The notes below the pieces were generated by a model. That model worked only from the letters and a program-made list of their open reading frames with translations, searched no databases and was not told the origin of the DNA. Below, one piece after another: positions 42,172 through 51,856 of a stretch of 64,000 nt of DNA; within the stretch, counting starts at the first letter, position 1; each line of letters opens with the position of its first letter. Position numbers and translations under genes: made by a program. This DNA is from an uncultured delta proteobacterium (lineage in GTDB: Bacteria; Myxococcota_A; UBA9160; SZUA-336): the NCBI GenBank assembly GCA_963704165.1, contig CAVPHD010000011.1:25539-89538 (forward strand), read 5' to 3'.

Positions 42172-42546
42172 CTACAGAGCCTCGCGGATCTCCTCCAGGA
42201 GCGTCCGCACCAGATACCGCGCCTTGCCGACCATCCCCGTCGCATCGAGCGCGAGCACGAGGAAGGTGTCTTCGTCGAGAAGGCGGAAGAAGACCTGATT
42301 GGCGCCGGTCACGAGCAGCATCTCCTCGAGCGCGCCGTCGCGCGAGCCGTTGAGGGCGCTGGCGACCTTCTGCGATTCCTGGAAGGTCCGGCCGAACTCG
42401 ATCGCGATCGCCCCGAGATCCACGTCGGTCCCCGGGCGCGCGTATTCGTCGATCGCGACTCCATCCCCCGCCATCACCGCGGCGGCGAGCGCGCCCGGAG
42501 TCTGATGGACGAGGGACTGAAGGATCTCGCGGAACGTCATGCCCAT
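42172..42546 (-). CDS. roadblock/LC7 domain protein (MglC-like)
   Basis: FREILQSLV..PGALAAAVMAGDGVAID...GKARY; position downstream of pilQ/aroB. Confidence 0.8.
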   Translation of the reverse strand: MGMTFREILQSLVHQTPGALAAAVMAGDGVAIDEYARPGTDVDLGAIAIEFGRTFQESQKVASALNGSRDGALEEMLLVTGANQVFFRLLDEDTFLVLALDATGMVGKARYLVRTLLEEIREAL

Positions 42547-43046
42547 GCGCCTCCCTGCTTGCGGCGAACGAGGTTCCCGAGCCAACGTTCCAGCTCGGCG
42601 ACCACGCGCGCATTCCGACTCGAGTGCGATCGCGAAGGCGCGGGCGGCTTCTCGAGCGACGCGCGCACCGCGAGCGCGCGTGCATCGTCCGGGTATCGCC
42701 GCAGCACGTCGTCCGCGATCGCGAGTGCCTTTTCGGGGTGGCCCTGCTCCGCGAGAAGCCTCGCCACCGTCGGGGTCGCCAACGGCGCCGGCATGGCCTC
42801 GGAGACGAGCGCGTCCTGTGCGTCGAGGATCTGCGCGCGCGCCGCGGCGAGGCGCAGCGCGAGCTCCTCGGATCCGCCGGACTCGAGATCCTCGAGACAG
42901 GTCTCCACCAGCGCGAGCAGGCCCTCGTACAGCGGCGCCACCATGGCCGCACGTTCGACGCACGCGACGGCGTCCGCGAACTCGCCGAGCCGCCAGTGGC
43001 CGCGCGCCAGCTCTACACGGAGTCGCGTCGCCTCGTCTGTGCTCAT
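42537..43046 (-). CDS. TPR-containing hypothetical protein
   Basis: ATPTVARLLAEQGHPEKAL; C-terminal LERWL. Confidence 0.7.
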   Translation of the reverse strand: MSTDEATRLRVELARGHWRLGEFADAVACVERAAMVAPLYEGLLALVETCLEDLESGGSEELALRLAAARAQILDAQDALVSEAMPAPLATPTVARLLAEQGHPEKALAIADDVLRRYPDDARALAVRASLEKPPAPSRSHSSRNARVVAELERWLGNLVRRKQGGAWA

Positions 43047-44119
43047 TCCGCTCCCGCCAGGATCTCTTCCGGAGTCAGGCTCACCGGCTCCGCGCGGCCG
43101 ATCTCGCGCAATGCCACGAACGTCACGCGCTCCCCCGTGAGCTTCTTATCGACCGCGATGGCGCGGAGATAAGCGCCGCGCTGCGCCGCCAGGTCGGGGA
43201 CCGTGGTCGGCAACCCCGCGCGTTCGAGCAGCGCGACGAGGCGTGCGGAGACCCCGTCGGGAGCGAGTCCGCGCCGCTCGGAGAGACGTGCCGAGAACGC
43301 CATGCCGATACCGATCGCCTCGCCGTGGCGAATGCGATGCAGACCGCTCGCCAGCTCGACCGCGTGCCCGAGCGTGTGGCCGAAGTTGAGCAGCACGCGA
43401 AGTCCCGCCTCGCGCTCATCGCGTCCGACCACCTCCGCCTTGATCGCGCACGCGCGAGAGATCGCCGCGCTGAGCGCCTCGCGCTCGAGATTCAGCATCG
43501 CGTCGAGGTTCTCCTCGAGCCACTTGAAGAAGTCCGCATCCCAGATCGCGGCCGCCTTGATCACCTCCGCGAGCCCGGCGCGGCGCTCGCGCGGAGGGAG
43601 CGTGGCGAGCACGTCGGGATCGACCCACACGAGCCGGGGTTGGTAGAAGGTCCCGATCAGGTTCTTGCCCCGCTTGTGATTCAGCGCGGTCTTTCCGCCG
43701 ACGCTGGCATCGACCTGCGCGAGCAGCGTCGTCGGCACCTGCACGAGAGGAAGGCCGCGCAGGAACGTCGACGCGACGAAGCCCGCCAGGTCGCAGGTCG
43801 CCCCGCCGCCGAGCGCGACGAGAACCGTGTCTCGCGTCGCGCGAAGCTCGAGGAGCTGATCCCAGGCGCGGCCCGCGACGCGCAGCGTCTTCGCACGCTC
43901 GCCGTCGGGCACGATCAGCCGGTCGAGCGTGACGTGCGCGCGCGCCATTCCGGTCGCCAGCGCGCCGTAGTGCAGCTCGGCGACACGCGGGCTGGTGACG
44001 GCGATCGCGCGCGTCGCGCCGAGCTCGCCGACGAGGGCCTCTCCCAGGTCCCCGAGCGAGCCGGGTCGGATCCGGATCGGATAGCTGCGCTCGCCGAGCA
44101 GGACCTGCACCGTGCTCAC
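43043..44119 (-). CDS. aroB: 3-dehydroquinate synthase
   Basis: ALGGG, PTTLLAQVDASVGGKT, KNLIGTFYQP, LNFGHTLGHA, HGEA. Confidence 0.97.
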   Translation of the reverse strand: MSTVQVLLGERSYPIRIRPGSLGDLGEALVGELGATRAIAVTSPRVAELHYGALATGMARAHVTLDRLIVPDGERAKTLRVAGRAWDQLLELRATRDTVLVALGGGATCDLAGFVASTFLRGLPLVQVPTTLLAQVDASVGGKTALNHKRGKNLIGTFYQPRLVWVDPDVLATLPPRERRAGLAEVIKAAAIWDADFFKWLEENLDAMLNLEREALSAAISRACAIKAEVVGRDEREAGLRVLLNFGHTLGHAVELASGLHRIRHGEAIGIGMAFSARLSERRGLAPDGVSARLVALLERAGLPTTVPDLAAQRGAYLRAIAVDKKLTGERVTFVALREIGRAEPVSLTPEEILAGAE

Positions 44120-44658
44120 GTCGCGGCTCCGGCGTCGAGCGCTTCGAGGACGGCCGCGCAGACCTCCTCGACGCCGAGATCGTCGGTCTCGATCCGGATC
44201 TCCGCGCTGGCATAGGCCTCGAGCCGCGCGGCCCGAAGCGCCTCGAGCTTCGCGATTCGCGCGGAGCGGTCGAGGTTCGCGAGCAGAGGACGGTCGCTCG
44301 CCACGCCGATCCGATCGACGATCGTCTCCGGTCGCGCGTCGAGCCAGACCAGCCGGCCCTTCTCGCGCAGCACGCGCCGATTCTCGGCGCTCACCGCTGC
44401 GCCCCCGCCGAGCGCGACCACGCAGCTCCTCGACGGCAGGGCCTCGAGGACTTCGCGCTCGCGCGCGCGGAAGCCGGTCTCACCCTCGCGGGCGAAGATC
44501 TCCGAGATCTTCATGAGCGCGGCCCTCTCCACCTCGGTGTCGGTGTCGACGAAACGCCACGCGAGCACCTTCGCCAATGCGCGACCGATACGGCTCTTTC
44601 CCGCGCCCATCGGGCCGGTCAAGAGCACGCATCGGTTGCGATCGACGCTCCCCACCAT
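44116..44658 (-). CDS. aroK: shikimate kinase
   Basis: GPMGAGKSRIG, DTD, GETGFRARE, GGG, RPLL; start approximate. Confidence 0.95.
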   Translation of the reverse strand: MVGSVDRNRCVLLTGPMGAGKSRIGRALAKVLAWRFVDTDTEVERAALMKISEIFAREGETGFRAREREVLEALPSRSCVVALGGGAAVSAENRRVLREKGRLVWLDARPETIVDRIGVASDRPLLANLDRSARIAKLEALRAARLEAYASAEIRIETDDLGVEEVCAAVLEALDAGAAT

Positions 44659-44682
44659 CCGGTCGGGGAGCATAGCACCGCG

Positions 44683-47526
44683 TCACTGCACGTCGGACTG
44701 GACGCCCTGCACGATGCGCGGAGTCACGAACACGAGCAGCTCCCGGCGCTCGTCCTTCACTTCGCTGTTGCGGAAGAAGGTGCCGATGCCCGGGATGTCG
44801 GCCAGGAACGGGACCTTCGTCGAGCCGTGGCCATTGTCCACCACGTAGATTCCGCCGAGCACCATCGTCTCGCCGTCGCGGAGGATCGCCTCGGTCTTGG
44901 TCTCGTTCTTGTTGATGCCGACCACGTCACCCGTCGCCGTCGAGAGGTTCGGCGAGTTCTTGGACACGCCGAGCTTCATGATGATCGAGCGGTTGGCGGT
45001 GATGTGCGGCGTGACCTTGAGCTCGAGCACCGCGTCCACGAAGGACGTGTTGATCTTGTCCGAGGTCACCTCGGTGAACTTGATCGCGACGCCCTGCTTG
45101 ATCACGGCCTGCTTGTTGTCGAGCGTCACGACGCGCGGCGACGAGATCACCTTGCCCTGACGATTCTCCTCGCCCGCCTGCAGCTGCATGTCGAGCTGGA
45201 GCTTGTCGTCGAGTCCGAGGATGCCCAGGTTCAAGAGCCCCGTCGGGTTCCCGATCGGGTTGCCGGTGAGGAAGTTGTTCTGCTGCAGGCCGAGACCCGG
45301 CAGCAGGTTCGGCTGGATCGTACCCGCCGCATCGTTCGGCGAATCCCAGCCCACACCCCAGAGCACGCCCAGGCCGCGCGAGAAGTTGAGCGTCGCTTCG
45401 ACGATCTTCGCCTCGATCAACACCTGCGGGGTCTGGGTGTCGACGGCCTTCACGAGCGCGGTCGCCTCGTGGATCACCGACGGGATGTCCTTGATGATGA
45501 GCGTGTTGGTCCGGTCATCGACGTTCACCGAGCCGCGGCTCGAGAGCAGGCGCTTGACCAGCTTCCCGAGATCCGAGGCCTTCGCGAAGTTCACCGGCTG
45601 CAGCTTGACGACCAGATCCTCGAGCTTCTCACGCGATCGGCGATCCTGAAGGCGTGCCTCGCTCTCCATCTTGAGCGTCTCGACGGGCGCGATTCGCAGG
45701 ATGTTGCCGATGCGCACGAAGCCGAGTCCCTTCGTCAGAAGGATGACGTCCAGCGCCTGGTCCCAGGGCACGTCGACCAGCCGGATCGTCACCTTGCCGC
45801 TGACTTCCTGGCCGGCGATCACGTTCAGGTCGGAGACCTCCGCGATCAGGCGCAGGATGTTCGCGATGTCGGCGTCCTTGAAGTCGAGCGAGACGCGCCG
45901 ACCCTGGTAGGACTTCTCCTCGTCGAAGCCGCCCTCCGCGAGGAGGTCGATCGATGCCGGATCGGCCGGGCCATCGAGGAACGGATCGTAGGCGACCTGC
46001 TGTCCCGTCGCGGTCTTGATTCCCGCCGGCGCCGCAGGAGCCTCGGTCGGATTCGCGCGCTCGGGCTGGGGTTCCGGAGACGTCGTTGCGACCGGCTCAT
46101 CCGGAGCCGTCGGCAGATCGGCGTCGGTCGAGACCGTGCTCGGGTCGGTCATCGTCGGAGGCACTTCGGCGGCGGCCGTCGCGCCCGCGGTGTTCATCGG
46201 AGCCGACGTCGAAGCCGCCGGTCCGCCCGGGCGCGCCATCTCGATCCGCAGCTGCGCCCCGTCCCAGGTCAGCGTCGCGGGGTCGGAGACGTTGCGCTTG
46301 AGGACGACGCGAACCTCGGGGCTCGGGACGTCGGGCGTGTTGAAGACCGAGAAGAGCTCGATCGGACCGCCGAACTCCTTCGTATCGACGCGCCGTTCGG
46401 TCGCCGGATCGATCGTCGCATCCTTGAGCATGACGATCAGGGTCGAGTCATCCGGAGCGAACTGCGAAGCCTTGACCTTTCGACCCAGCGTCAGGACGAC
46501 GCGGTCGTGGGTCGGCAGTGACTCGAAGTGAACCGACTGCACGGCCGGATCGCCGCTCGGAACGGGCTCGGAAGCCGCTGCCGCTTCGGGCGTCACGACG
46601 GGCTCCTCGGCGGCGGGCGCCGCGGGAACTCTGCTCGCCGTCTCCGCCGGCTTGGCCGCGGTGGTGCTCTCGGTCGGCTGCAGCTCGACGCGCAGGCCCA
46701 TCGCGGTCGGAACGACCGTCGGCTTGCCCGTCGCAGCGCGCAGATCGAGCACGACTCGCACCTTGTCCGGATGCTCGCCGATCCTCGCCTGCGAGACGAC
46801 GCCTTCCGCGAAGCTCTGCTTCGCGACCTTCATCGCGCTCTTCGCACCGAAGAGATCGATCACGATCCGGTCGGGGTTCTGGAGCTGGAAGCTGTCCACG
46901 TTGTCGATCGGACCCGTGGCTCCGATCTCGACGCCGTCCGCGACGGCGGCGATGGTCTCGACCTTCGGCGCCGTCGACTCGGCTGCAGCCGGTGTCGGCG
47001 CGGTCGTCGCCGCGGCCGCGGCCGGCTCGGGCGTCGGTTCAGGCGCGACCTCGGGCGGACCGGGCTGGCTCGGCGCCGGCTCGTTCGCGGCCACGGCGGT
47101 CGCGCGCAGCTCGACGACGATCTCGTCTCCCTGTGGCTTGACCTCGTAATCGGAAGCGGTCGTGAGCGCGATCGACACGCGGGCCATGCCGCGACCCGCC
47201 TTCGCGTCGCCGAACGCTCCCAGCGTCACGTCCTCCACCAGTCCGTTCTTCACGCTGATCGGCGTGGTCACGCCGTCGAACGCGACGTCCGGAAGCTCCA
47301 GGATCAGACGTGGCGGATCTTCGCGCATGAATGCGGTGTAGATCGCGTCCTTGGCTCCGCGCAGCACGATCCGCGTCAGGCCATCCTCGCCCTGTACCTC
47401 GACCGCAGAGATCGTCTTCGTCTCACCGGCCAGCGCGTGCGCTCCCGGAAGAAGCACGATCCATGCGACCGCAGCAATGATTCGAAGCGTCCGCATTGTG
47501 AGTGACACCCCCTGCCGAGTCATCAT
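44683..47526 (-). CDS. pilQ: type IV pilus secretin PilQ with AMIN domains
   Basis: AMIN repeats (PPRLILEL, PDRIVIDL), SLDFKDADI, VPWDQALD, PQVLIEAKIVE, KVPFLADIP, ELLVFVTPRI. Confidence 0.95.
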   Translation of the reverse strand: MMTRQGVSLTMRTLRIIAAVAWIVLLPGAHALAGETKTISAVEVQGEDGLTRIVLRGAKDAIYTAFMREDPPRLILELPDVAFDGVTTPISVKNGLVEDVTLGAFGDAKAGRGMARVSIALTTASDYEVKPQGDEIVVELRATAVAANEPAPSQPGPPEVAPEPTPEPAAAAATTAPTPAAAESTAPKVETIAAVADGVEIGATGPIDNVDSFQLQNPDRIVIDLFGAKSAMKVAKQSFAEGVVSQARIGEHPDKVRVVLDLRAATGKPTVVPTAMGLRVELQPTESTTAAKPAETASRVPAAPAAEEPVVTPEAAAASEPVPSGDPAVQSVHFESLPTHDRVVLTLGRKVKASQFAPDDSTLIVMLKDATIDPATERRVDTKEFGGPIELFSVFNTPDVPSPEVRVVLKRNVSDPATLTWDGAQLRIEMARPGGPAASTSAPMNTAGATAAAEVPPTMTDPSTVSTDADLPTAPDEPVATTSPEPQPERANPTEAPAAPAGIKTATGQQVAYDPFLDGPADPASIDLLAEGGFDEEKSYQGRRVSLDFKDADIANILRLIAEVSDLNVIAGQEVSGKVTIRLVDVPWDQALDVILLTKGLGFVRIGNILRIAPVETLKMESEARLQDRRSREKLEDLVVKLQPVNFAKASDLGKLVKRLLSSRGSVNVDDRTNTLIIKDIPSVIHEATALVKAVDTQTPQVLIEAKIVEATLNFSRGLGVLWGVGWDSPNDAAGTIQPNLLPGLGLQQNNFLTGNPIGNPTGLLNLGILGLDDKLQLDMQLQAGEENRQGKVISSPRVVTLDNKQAVIKQGVAIKFTEVTSDKINTSFVDAVLELKVTPHITANRSIIMKLGVSKNSPNLSTATGDVVGINKNETKTEAILRDGETMVLGGIYVVDNGHGSTKVPFLADIPGIGTFFRNSEVKDERRELLVFVTPRIVQGVQSDVQ

Positions 47527-48035
47527 CCCTTCCTTCCGTTTGCGTAGAGCTCGAGGTCGACTTCTTTGGTCGTCGCTCGGTCCAGGTGATCGAGATAGGT
47601 TTCTTTCACGACAACCTTGTTGTCCTCGATGCGCAGAATCCGACCCTTGTTCTTTCCAATCGGCGTTCCAGCTCGAACGATGTACCCCTTGCCCGTGGGA
47701 TCCCGAACCAGCGCTCTCGGCTCTTCGAATCCCCAGATGATTCCCATGACGGCGAGCTGTGTGAGATCGAAGCGCTCGAGCGGCGAGGAGTTCCCCTCGG
47801 GATCGAAAGTGACCTGTCTGCGCACGTACGAGCGGAAGGGATCGACCTTGTCCGTCGGGTCGTAGTGGTATTCCGCCGTCACGACCGCCGGTTCCGCCGC
47901 CGCCCGCTTCGCGGCCTTCGGCACCGTCGGTTTGGCCGCGCTGCTGCTCGCGCTCTCGTCGTCCGAGCACGCGGTCGCGAAGGCGAGCCCCGCAACCAGT
48001 GCGCAGACCCATCGGAGCGTCCGAAGGCCGCTCAT
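47523..48035 (-). CDS. pilP: type IV pilus lipoprotein PilP
   Basis: Lipobox ATAC; DPFRS, PLERFDLTQL, GTPIGKNKG. Confidence 0.93.
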   Translation of the reverse strand: MSGLRTLRWVCALVAGLAFATACSDDESASSSAAKPTVPKAAKRAAAEPAVVTAEYHYDPTDKVDPFRSYVRRQVTFDPEGNSSPLERFDLTQLAVMGIIWGFEEPRALVRDPTGKGYIVRAGTPIGKNKGRILRIEDNKVVVKETYLDHLDRATTKEVDLELYANGRKG

Positions 48036-48036
48036 G

Positions 48037-48675
48037 TCACTCTCCCCCCGCCGTCTTCGGCGCAGTCGTGGCGCTGCCCATGGTCGACTCGTTGAAGTAG
48101 AACGTCGCCGCCGTTCCCTTCACCTTGATGAGCGGAATCTCGGCTGCCTCGTTCGCAACGGTGAAGGTCAGATCGGACAGGTTCACGATGCGCGAGAGGC
48201 TCGCGACGCGGTCGAAGAAGAGACCGATGTCGTGATAGCCACCGGAGAACTCGAGCTCGATCTGCTGCTCCGAGTAGAAGCCGCGGTCGATCTTCTTGCC
48301 CTGCTTGAAGGTCTGGATCTCGAGTCCGGACTTCTTGCCGAGCCCCGTGATGTTGGTCAGGAGCGCCGGCAGGTCACTCGACTCCGGCAGCTTCTCCAGT
48401 GCCGACTTCAGCTGGTCCTCGAGTTCCTCTCGCTTGCGCTTGAAGCTCTCGAGGTTGTTGGCCACCGCCTTCGCGGCCTGGATGTTCTGCTCGAGCTTGG
48501 CGCGCTTCGTCTGCAGCGTTCGCAGGGAGGCCTGGTCGCCGCCGAAGAACACGAGCAAGTACAAGCCGACCACGACGAGCGCGACGCCCGCCAGGATTCC
48601 GTAGCGAGCGAAGCTCGGCAGACGATCCAGCTTCTGGAGGATCTGCTGCGCGTTCAAGTTGTCGGTGATCGCCAT
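48037..48675 (-). CDS. pilO: type IV pilus protein PilO
   Basis: TM helix + coiled coil, LPESSDLPALL, GGYHDIGLFF, LSRIVN. Confidence 0.93.
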   Translation of the reverse strand: MAITDNLNAQQILQKLDRLPSFARYGILAGVALVVVGLYLLVFFGGDQASLRTLQTKRAKLEQNIQAAKAVANNLESFKRKREELEDQLKSALEKLPESSDLPALLTNITGLGKKSGLEIQTFKQGKKIDRGFYSEQQIELEFSGGYHDIGLFFDRVASLSRIVNLSDLTFTVANEAAEIPLIKVKGTAATFYFNESTMGSATTAPKTAGGE

Positions 48676-48685
48676 CTCGCGCTCC

Positions 48686-49306
48686 CTATTCCTTGCCTGC
48701 GGCCTTGGGCGGCGCGCGACGCGCGGCCCTCCGGCCTTGCGCCGCTGTCGGCGTGGGGACGTCCTTCAGGTATGGGTACTGGGCGGTCATCTTGAAGACC
48801 GAGAGCTTCAGACCCTCGGTCTCTTCGAGCTTCGTCTCCTGCAGATCGACGCGAGAGAGCATCGGCGAGTCCTCGAGCGCGGCCGCGAAGTCGGCGACGA
48901 TCTCGGCGTCGATGCTGTTGCCCTCGATCTCGAGCAGGCCGCCCTTCGCGACCAGCTTCGTCAGCCAGACGCGCTGCGGAATGCGCATGGCGAGCTCGTC
49001 CATGATCTTGACCGGGCCCGTTCGCGCAGCCTCGATCTGGTCGATGATCGCCAGCTTCTGCTCGATGGCCTGCTGCTCGTCCTGGAACTTCTTCACTTCC
49101 TTCTGGACGGCTTCGAGCTTCTTCAGCTCCGTCTCGCGGGCCCCGATCAGCGCGCGCTCGTGCGAGATGTGCGCGGTCATCCACATCGAGATCACGAGCG
49201 AGATCGCGACTCCGGCACCGACGGCCCCGCCGAGGAACACGCCCTGCTTGCGCAGGCTCGCGGCTCGTCGGGCCTCGCGGACGGGGAGCAGATTGATTCG
49301 AATCAC
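48686..49306 (-). CDS. pilN: type IV pilus protein PilN
   Basis: IRINLLP motif, TM helix, IPQRVWL. Confidence 0.93.
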   Translation of the reverse strand: MIRINLLPVREARRAASLRKQGVFLGGAVGAGVAISLVISMWMTAHISHERALIGARETELKKLEAVQKEVKKFQDEQQAIEQKLAIIDQIEAARTGPVKIMDELAMRIPQRVWLTKLVAKGGLLEIEGNSIDAEIVADFAAALEDSPMLSRVDLQETKLEETEGLKLSVFKMTAQYPYLKDVPTPTAAQGRRAARRAPPKAAGKE

Positions 49307-50370
49307 GTGTCGTCTCCTCGCCGCATGCCGAGGCCGATCGCGGTGCAGAGCGCCGGGCCCAGCTCGCGGATCCTTTCCTCGTCTCCGGCACTCGGCGCGA
49401 TGTCCACGCGCTGGAACGGATTGGCGATCTCGACCGGAATCTCGAGCCGGTCGTGGAAGATCCGCTCGAGACCCGGCACGCGTGCGGCGCCGCCGCAGAG
49501 CAAGAGCCGCTCGAGTCGCGAGCTCGTCGCCGTGGCGCGGTAGAAGTCGAGCGAGCGCTGGATCTCCGCGAGCATCGTCTCGGAGACCTCGCGCATCGAC
49601 TCTTCGACCTCTTGGGGAACGACGTCCTTGCTGATCTCGCCGGGCCGGCCGCCGACCTTGATCCGCTCCGCCTCTTCGAAGGTGATGCCGAGCGTCTTCT
49701 GGATCTCCTCGGTGTACTGGTTTCCACCCGAGGTGATGTCCCGCGTGAACACCGGCACCGAGCCGCTCATCACGTTCATGTTGATGACCGAGGCGCCCAG
49801 GTCGAGCAGCGCGACGGTGCTCTCGTCCGACGGCTCGTAGTTGTGCTGGTACATGTTGCCGACCGCGAAGGCGTCGACGTCCATCACCGCGAGCGAGAGT
49901 CCCGCTTCCGTGATGACGCTGACGTAGTCGTCGATCAGGTCCTTCTTCGCGGCGACGAGCAGCACGTCCATCTGACCATCGACCCCCGACTCGCGAAGGA
50001 TCTGGTGGTCGATGTTCACCTCGTTGATGTCGAACGGGATGTACTGCTCCGCTTCCCAGCGGATCGTCTCCTCGAGCTCTTCCTTGCTCTGCGCCGGAAG
50101 CGAGATCCGCTTGACGATCACGGAGTGACCCGAGACCGACGTCACGACGGTCTTCGATTTGAAATTGCCCATCGCACACGCTTCCGAGATCGCGGCGGAA
50201 ATGGCGGGTGCGTTCATGAACGATCCCTGGACGATCGCCTCGGGCGGAAGCAGCGCGAATCCGAATCCGCGCAACCGGAAGCTGCCCCCGTGCGGTTCCA
50301 ACTCGACCGCCTTGACCTGGCTGGACCCGATGTCGAGTCCGATGACCGTTTTCTTCCCGAAGGAGAACAT
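49303..50370 (-). CDS. pilM: type IV pilus assembly protein PilM
   Basis: GLDIGSSQVK, WEAEQYIPF, EIQRSLDFY, LCGGAA. Confidence 0.96.
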   Translation of the reverse strand: MFSFGKKTVIGLDIGSSQVKAVELEPHGGSFRLRGFGFALLPPEAIVQGSFMNAPAISAAISEACAMGNFKSKTVVTSVSGHSVIVKRISLPAQSKEELEETIRWEAEQYIPFDINEVNIDHQILRESGVDGQMDVLLVAAKKDLIDDYVSVITEAGLSLAVMDVDAFAVGNMYQHNYEPSDESTVALLDLGASVINMNVMSGSVPVFTRDITSGGNQYTEEIQKTLGITFEEAERIKVGGRPGEISKDVVPQEVEESMREVSETMLAEIQRSLDFYRATATSSRLERLLLCGGAARVPGLERIFHDRLEIPVEIANPFQRVDIAPSAGDEERIRELGPALCTAIGLGMRRGDDT

Positions 50371-50383
50371 CGCCGACCCCGCC

Positions 50384-50638
50384 TCAGTTCCCGCCCGATT
50401 GGGCGTCGCTGGTGTGTGTTGCGATCAACTGCTCGACCGATCGGTCACCGAAGACCGAGTCCTTGTCGGATACACGCAATCCGAGCGCGTGGAGGAGCTT
50501 CCGTTTCGTGTCGAGGCGACAGGTCTTGCCAGCCTCGACGCGATCGATCGTCAGCGTCGAGAGGCCGGCTTTCCGGGCCAACTCGGCCTTGCTCATCATG
50601 AGCGCCTCGCGAACTCGCCGAACCTTGTTCCCAGACAC
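50384..50638 (-). CDS. XRE/Cro family helix-turn-helix protein
   Basis: NKVRRVRE..MMSKAELARKAGLSTLTIDRVEAG..CRLDTKRK. Confidence 0.85.
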   Translation of the reverse strand: MSGNKVRRVREALMMSKAELARKAGLSTLTIDRVEAGKTCRLDTKRKLLHALGLRVSDKDSVFGDRSVEQLIATHTSDAQSGGN

Positions 50639-50756
50639 TGAGATCCTCCGTTGCGAACCGGCGTGAGAATCGAGTTCCGATCGGCGGGCCGAAAACGCGA
50701 CTTGAGGCTTCGCGACCCTCACCTTGCCGTCAGGCACGCGCAGACCGCCGTGCGTG

Positions 50757-51830
50757 TCAGAACTCGTCGTCCGCCGCCTCCTCGCCTCGATCCTCTTCGG
50801 TGTAATCCCCGTCACGTTTTTCCTCGGACGCGGCCTCCGGCTTCGCGACATCGCTCGCGCTGGCCGGAGCCTCGCTCCAATCGACGGCCAGCGAGTAGTT
50901 CTGCGTCGTCGCCCCGCCATACGGGTCGGACACCCGGAGCTCGATCGGGTACACGCCCTTCGCGCTCGTCGGCACCTGCCAGGTCACGCGTCCACTGACG
51001 ATGTCCACGGCCATGCCCGGCGGTCCGTCGACCAGCTCGTACTTCAGCGGACGGTCGCCGTCGGGATCCTCGGCCGCGACCTCGTAGGTGTACTGACTCG
51101 AGCCCGAGAGCTTGTAGTTGGGCTGCGTCGTGATCGCAGGCGCCGCGTTTCCGAGCGTCAGGGCAGCCGAGGCCACCCACGGGCTCTCGGACGTTCCATC
51201 GTCCGCGCGGACCTGAAGCACGATGATCTCGCCGCGGTGGCCCACACCGGGGCGAAGCCTCGGTCCGTCGCTATCCTCGATCAGCTGGCCGTTTCGGACC
51301 CAGCGATACGCGAGATCGACCGAGTCCCCGTCGTCGTCCCGGACGTCGACGTCGGCCTGCAGGAGATCGAGCGCCGTGGCTCGCGCCGGTTTGATGGCCA
51401 CGCGGCGCAGCGTCGGTGCGGAGTTGCCGACGATGATCGCGGCGGTCTGATGTGTGACCTCGTCCTTCCCGTCCGACGCGAACACGATCGCGTACACGCG
51501 GTCTCCGCGGGAGAAGCTCCCGGCGGGGGCATCGGCCTGCTCGAGGCCCGGAAGGATCTCGGAGTTCCGATACCACTCGAAGCTGACACGCACCCGGTCT
51601 CGGTCGGCGTCGTTCGCGACGACGGCGACCGAGATCGTCTGACTCGCACCTGCCCCGGCCGGCTGGAGCTCCGCCGACAGGATCTCGGGTGGCGAGTTGA
51701 CGGCCCCCGTCCGAGCCGCCGGGCGGCTCGACGCCTGCGTCGCGTTCGACTCGTCCTCGGTCGACCCGCCACACGCTACACAGAGAAGCGTGATCGCGAC
51801 TGCGATGACCCGCTTCATGACGCCCCCCAT
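50757..51830 (-). CDS. putative Ig/cadherin-like repeat lipoprotein
   Basis: Lipobox CVAC; three NxxP...DxDGD...W repeats; GPPGMAVD..SGRVTW (He_PIG-like). Confidence 0.75.
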   Translation of the reverse strand: MGGVMKRVIAVAITLLCVACGGSTEDESNATQASSRPAARTGAVNSPPEILSAELQPAGAGASQTISVAVVANDADRDRVRVSFEWYRNSEILPGLEQADAPAGSFSRGDRVYAIVFASDGKDEVTHQTAAIIVGNSAPTLRRVAIKPARATALDLLQADVDVRDDDGDSVDLAYRWVRNGQLIEDSDGPRLRPGVGHRGEIIVLQVRADDGTSESPWVASAALTLGNAAPAITTQPNYKLSGSSQYTYEVAAEDPDGDRPLKYELVDGPPGMAVDIVSGRVTWQVPTSAKGVYPIELRVSDPYGGATTQNYSLAVDWSEAPASASDVAKPEAASEEKRDGDYTEEDRGEEAADDEF

Positions 51831-51856
51831 CGGGAATCGGAATGCTCCCGCGTAGA

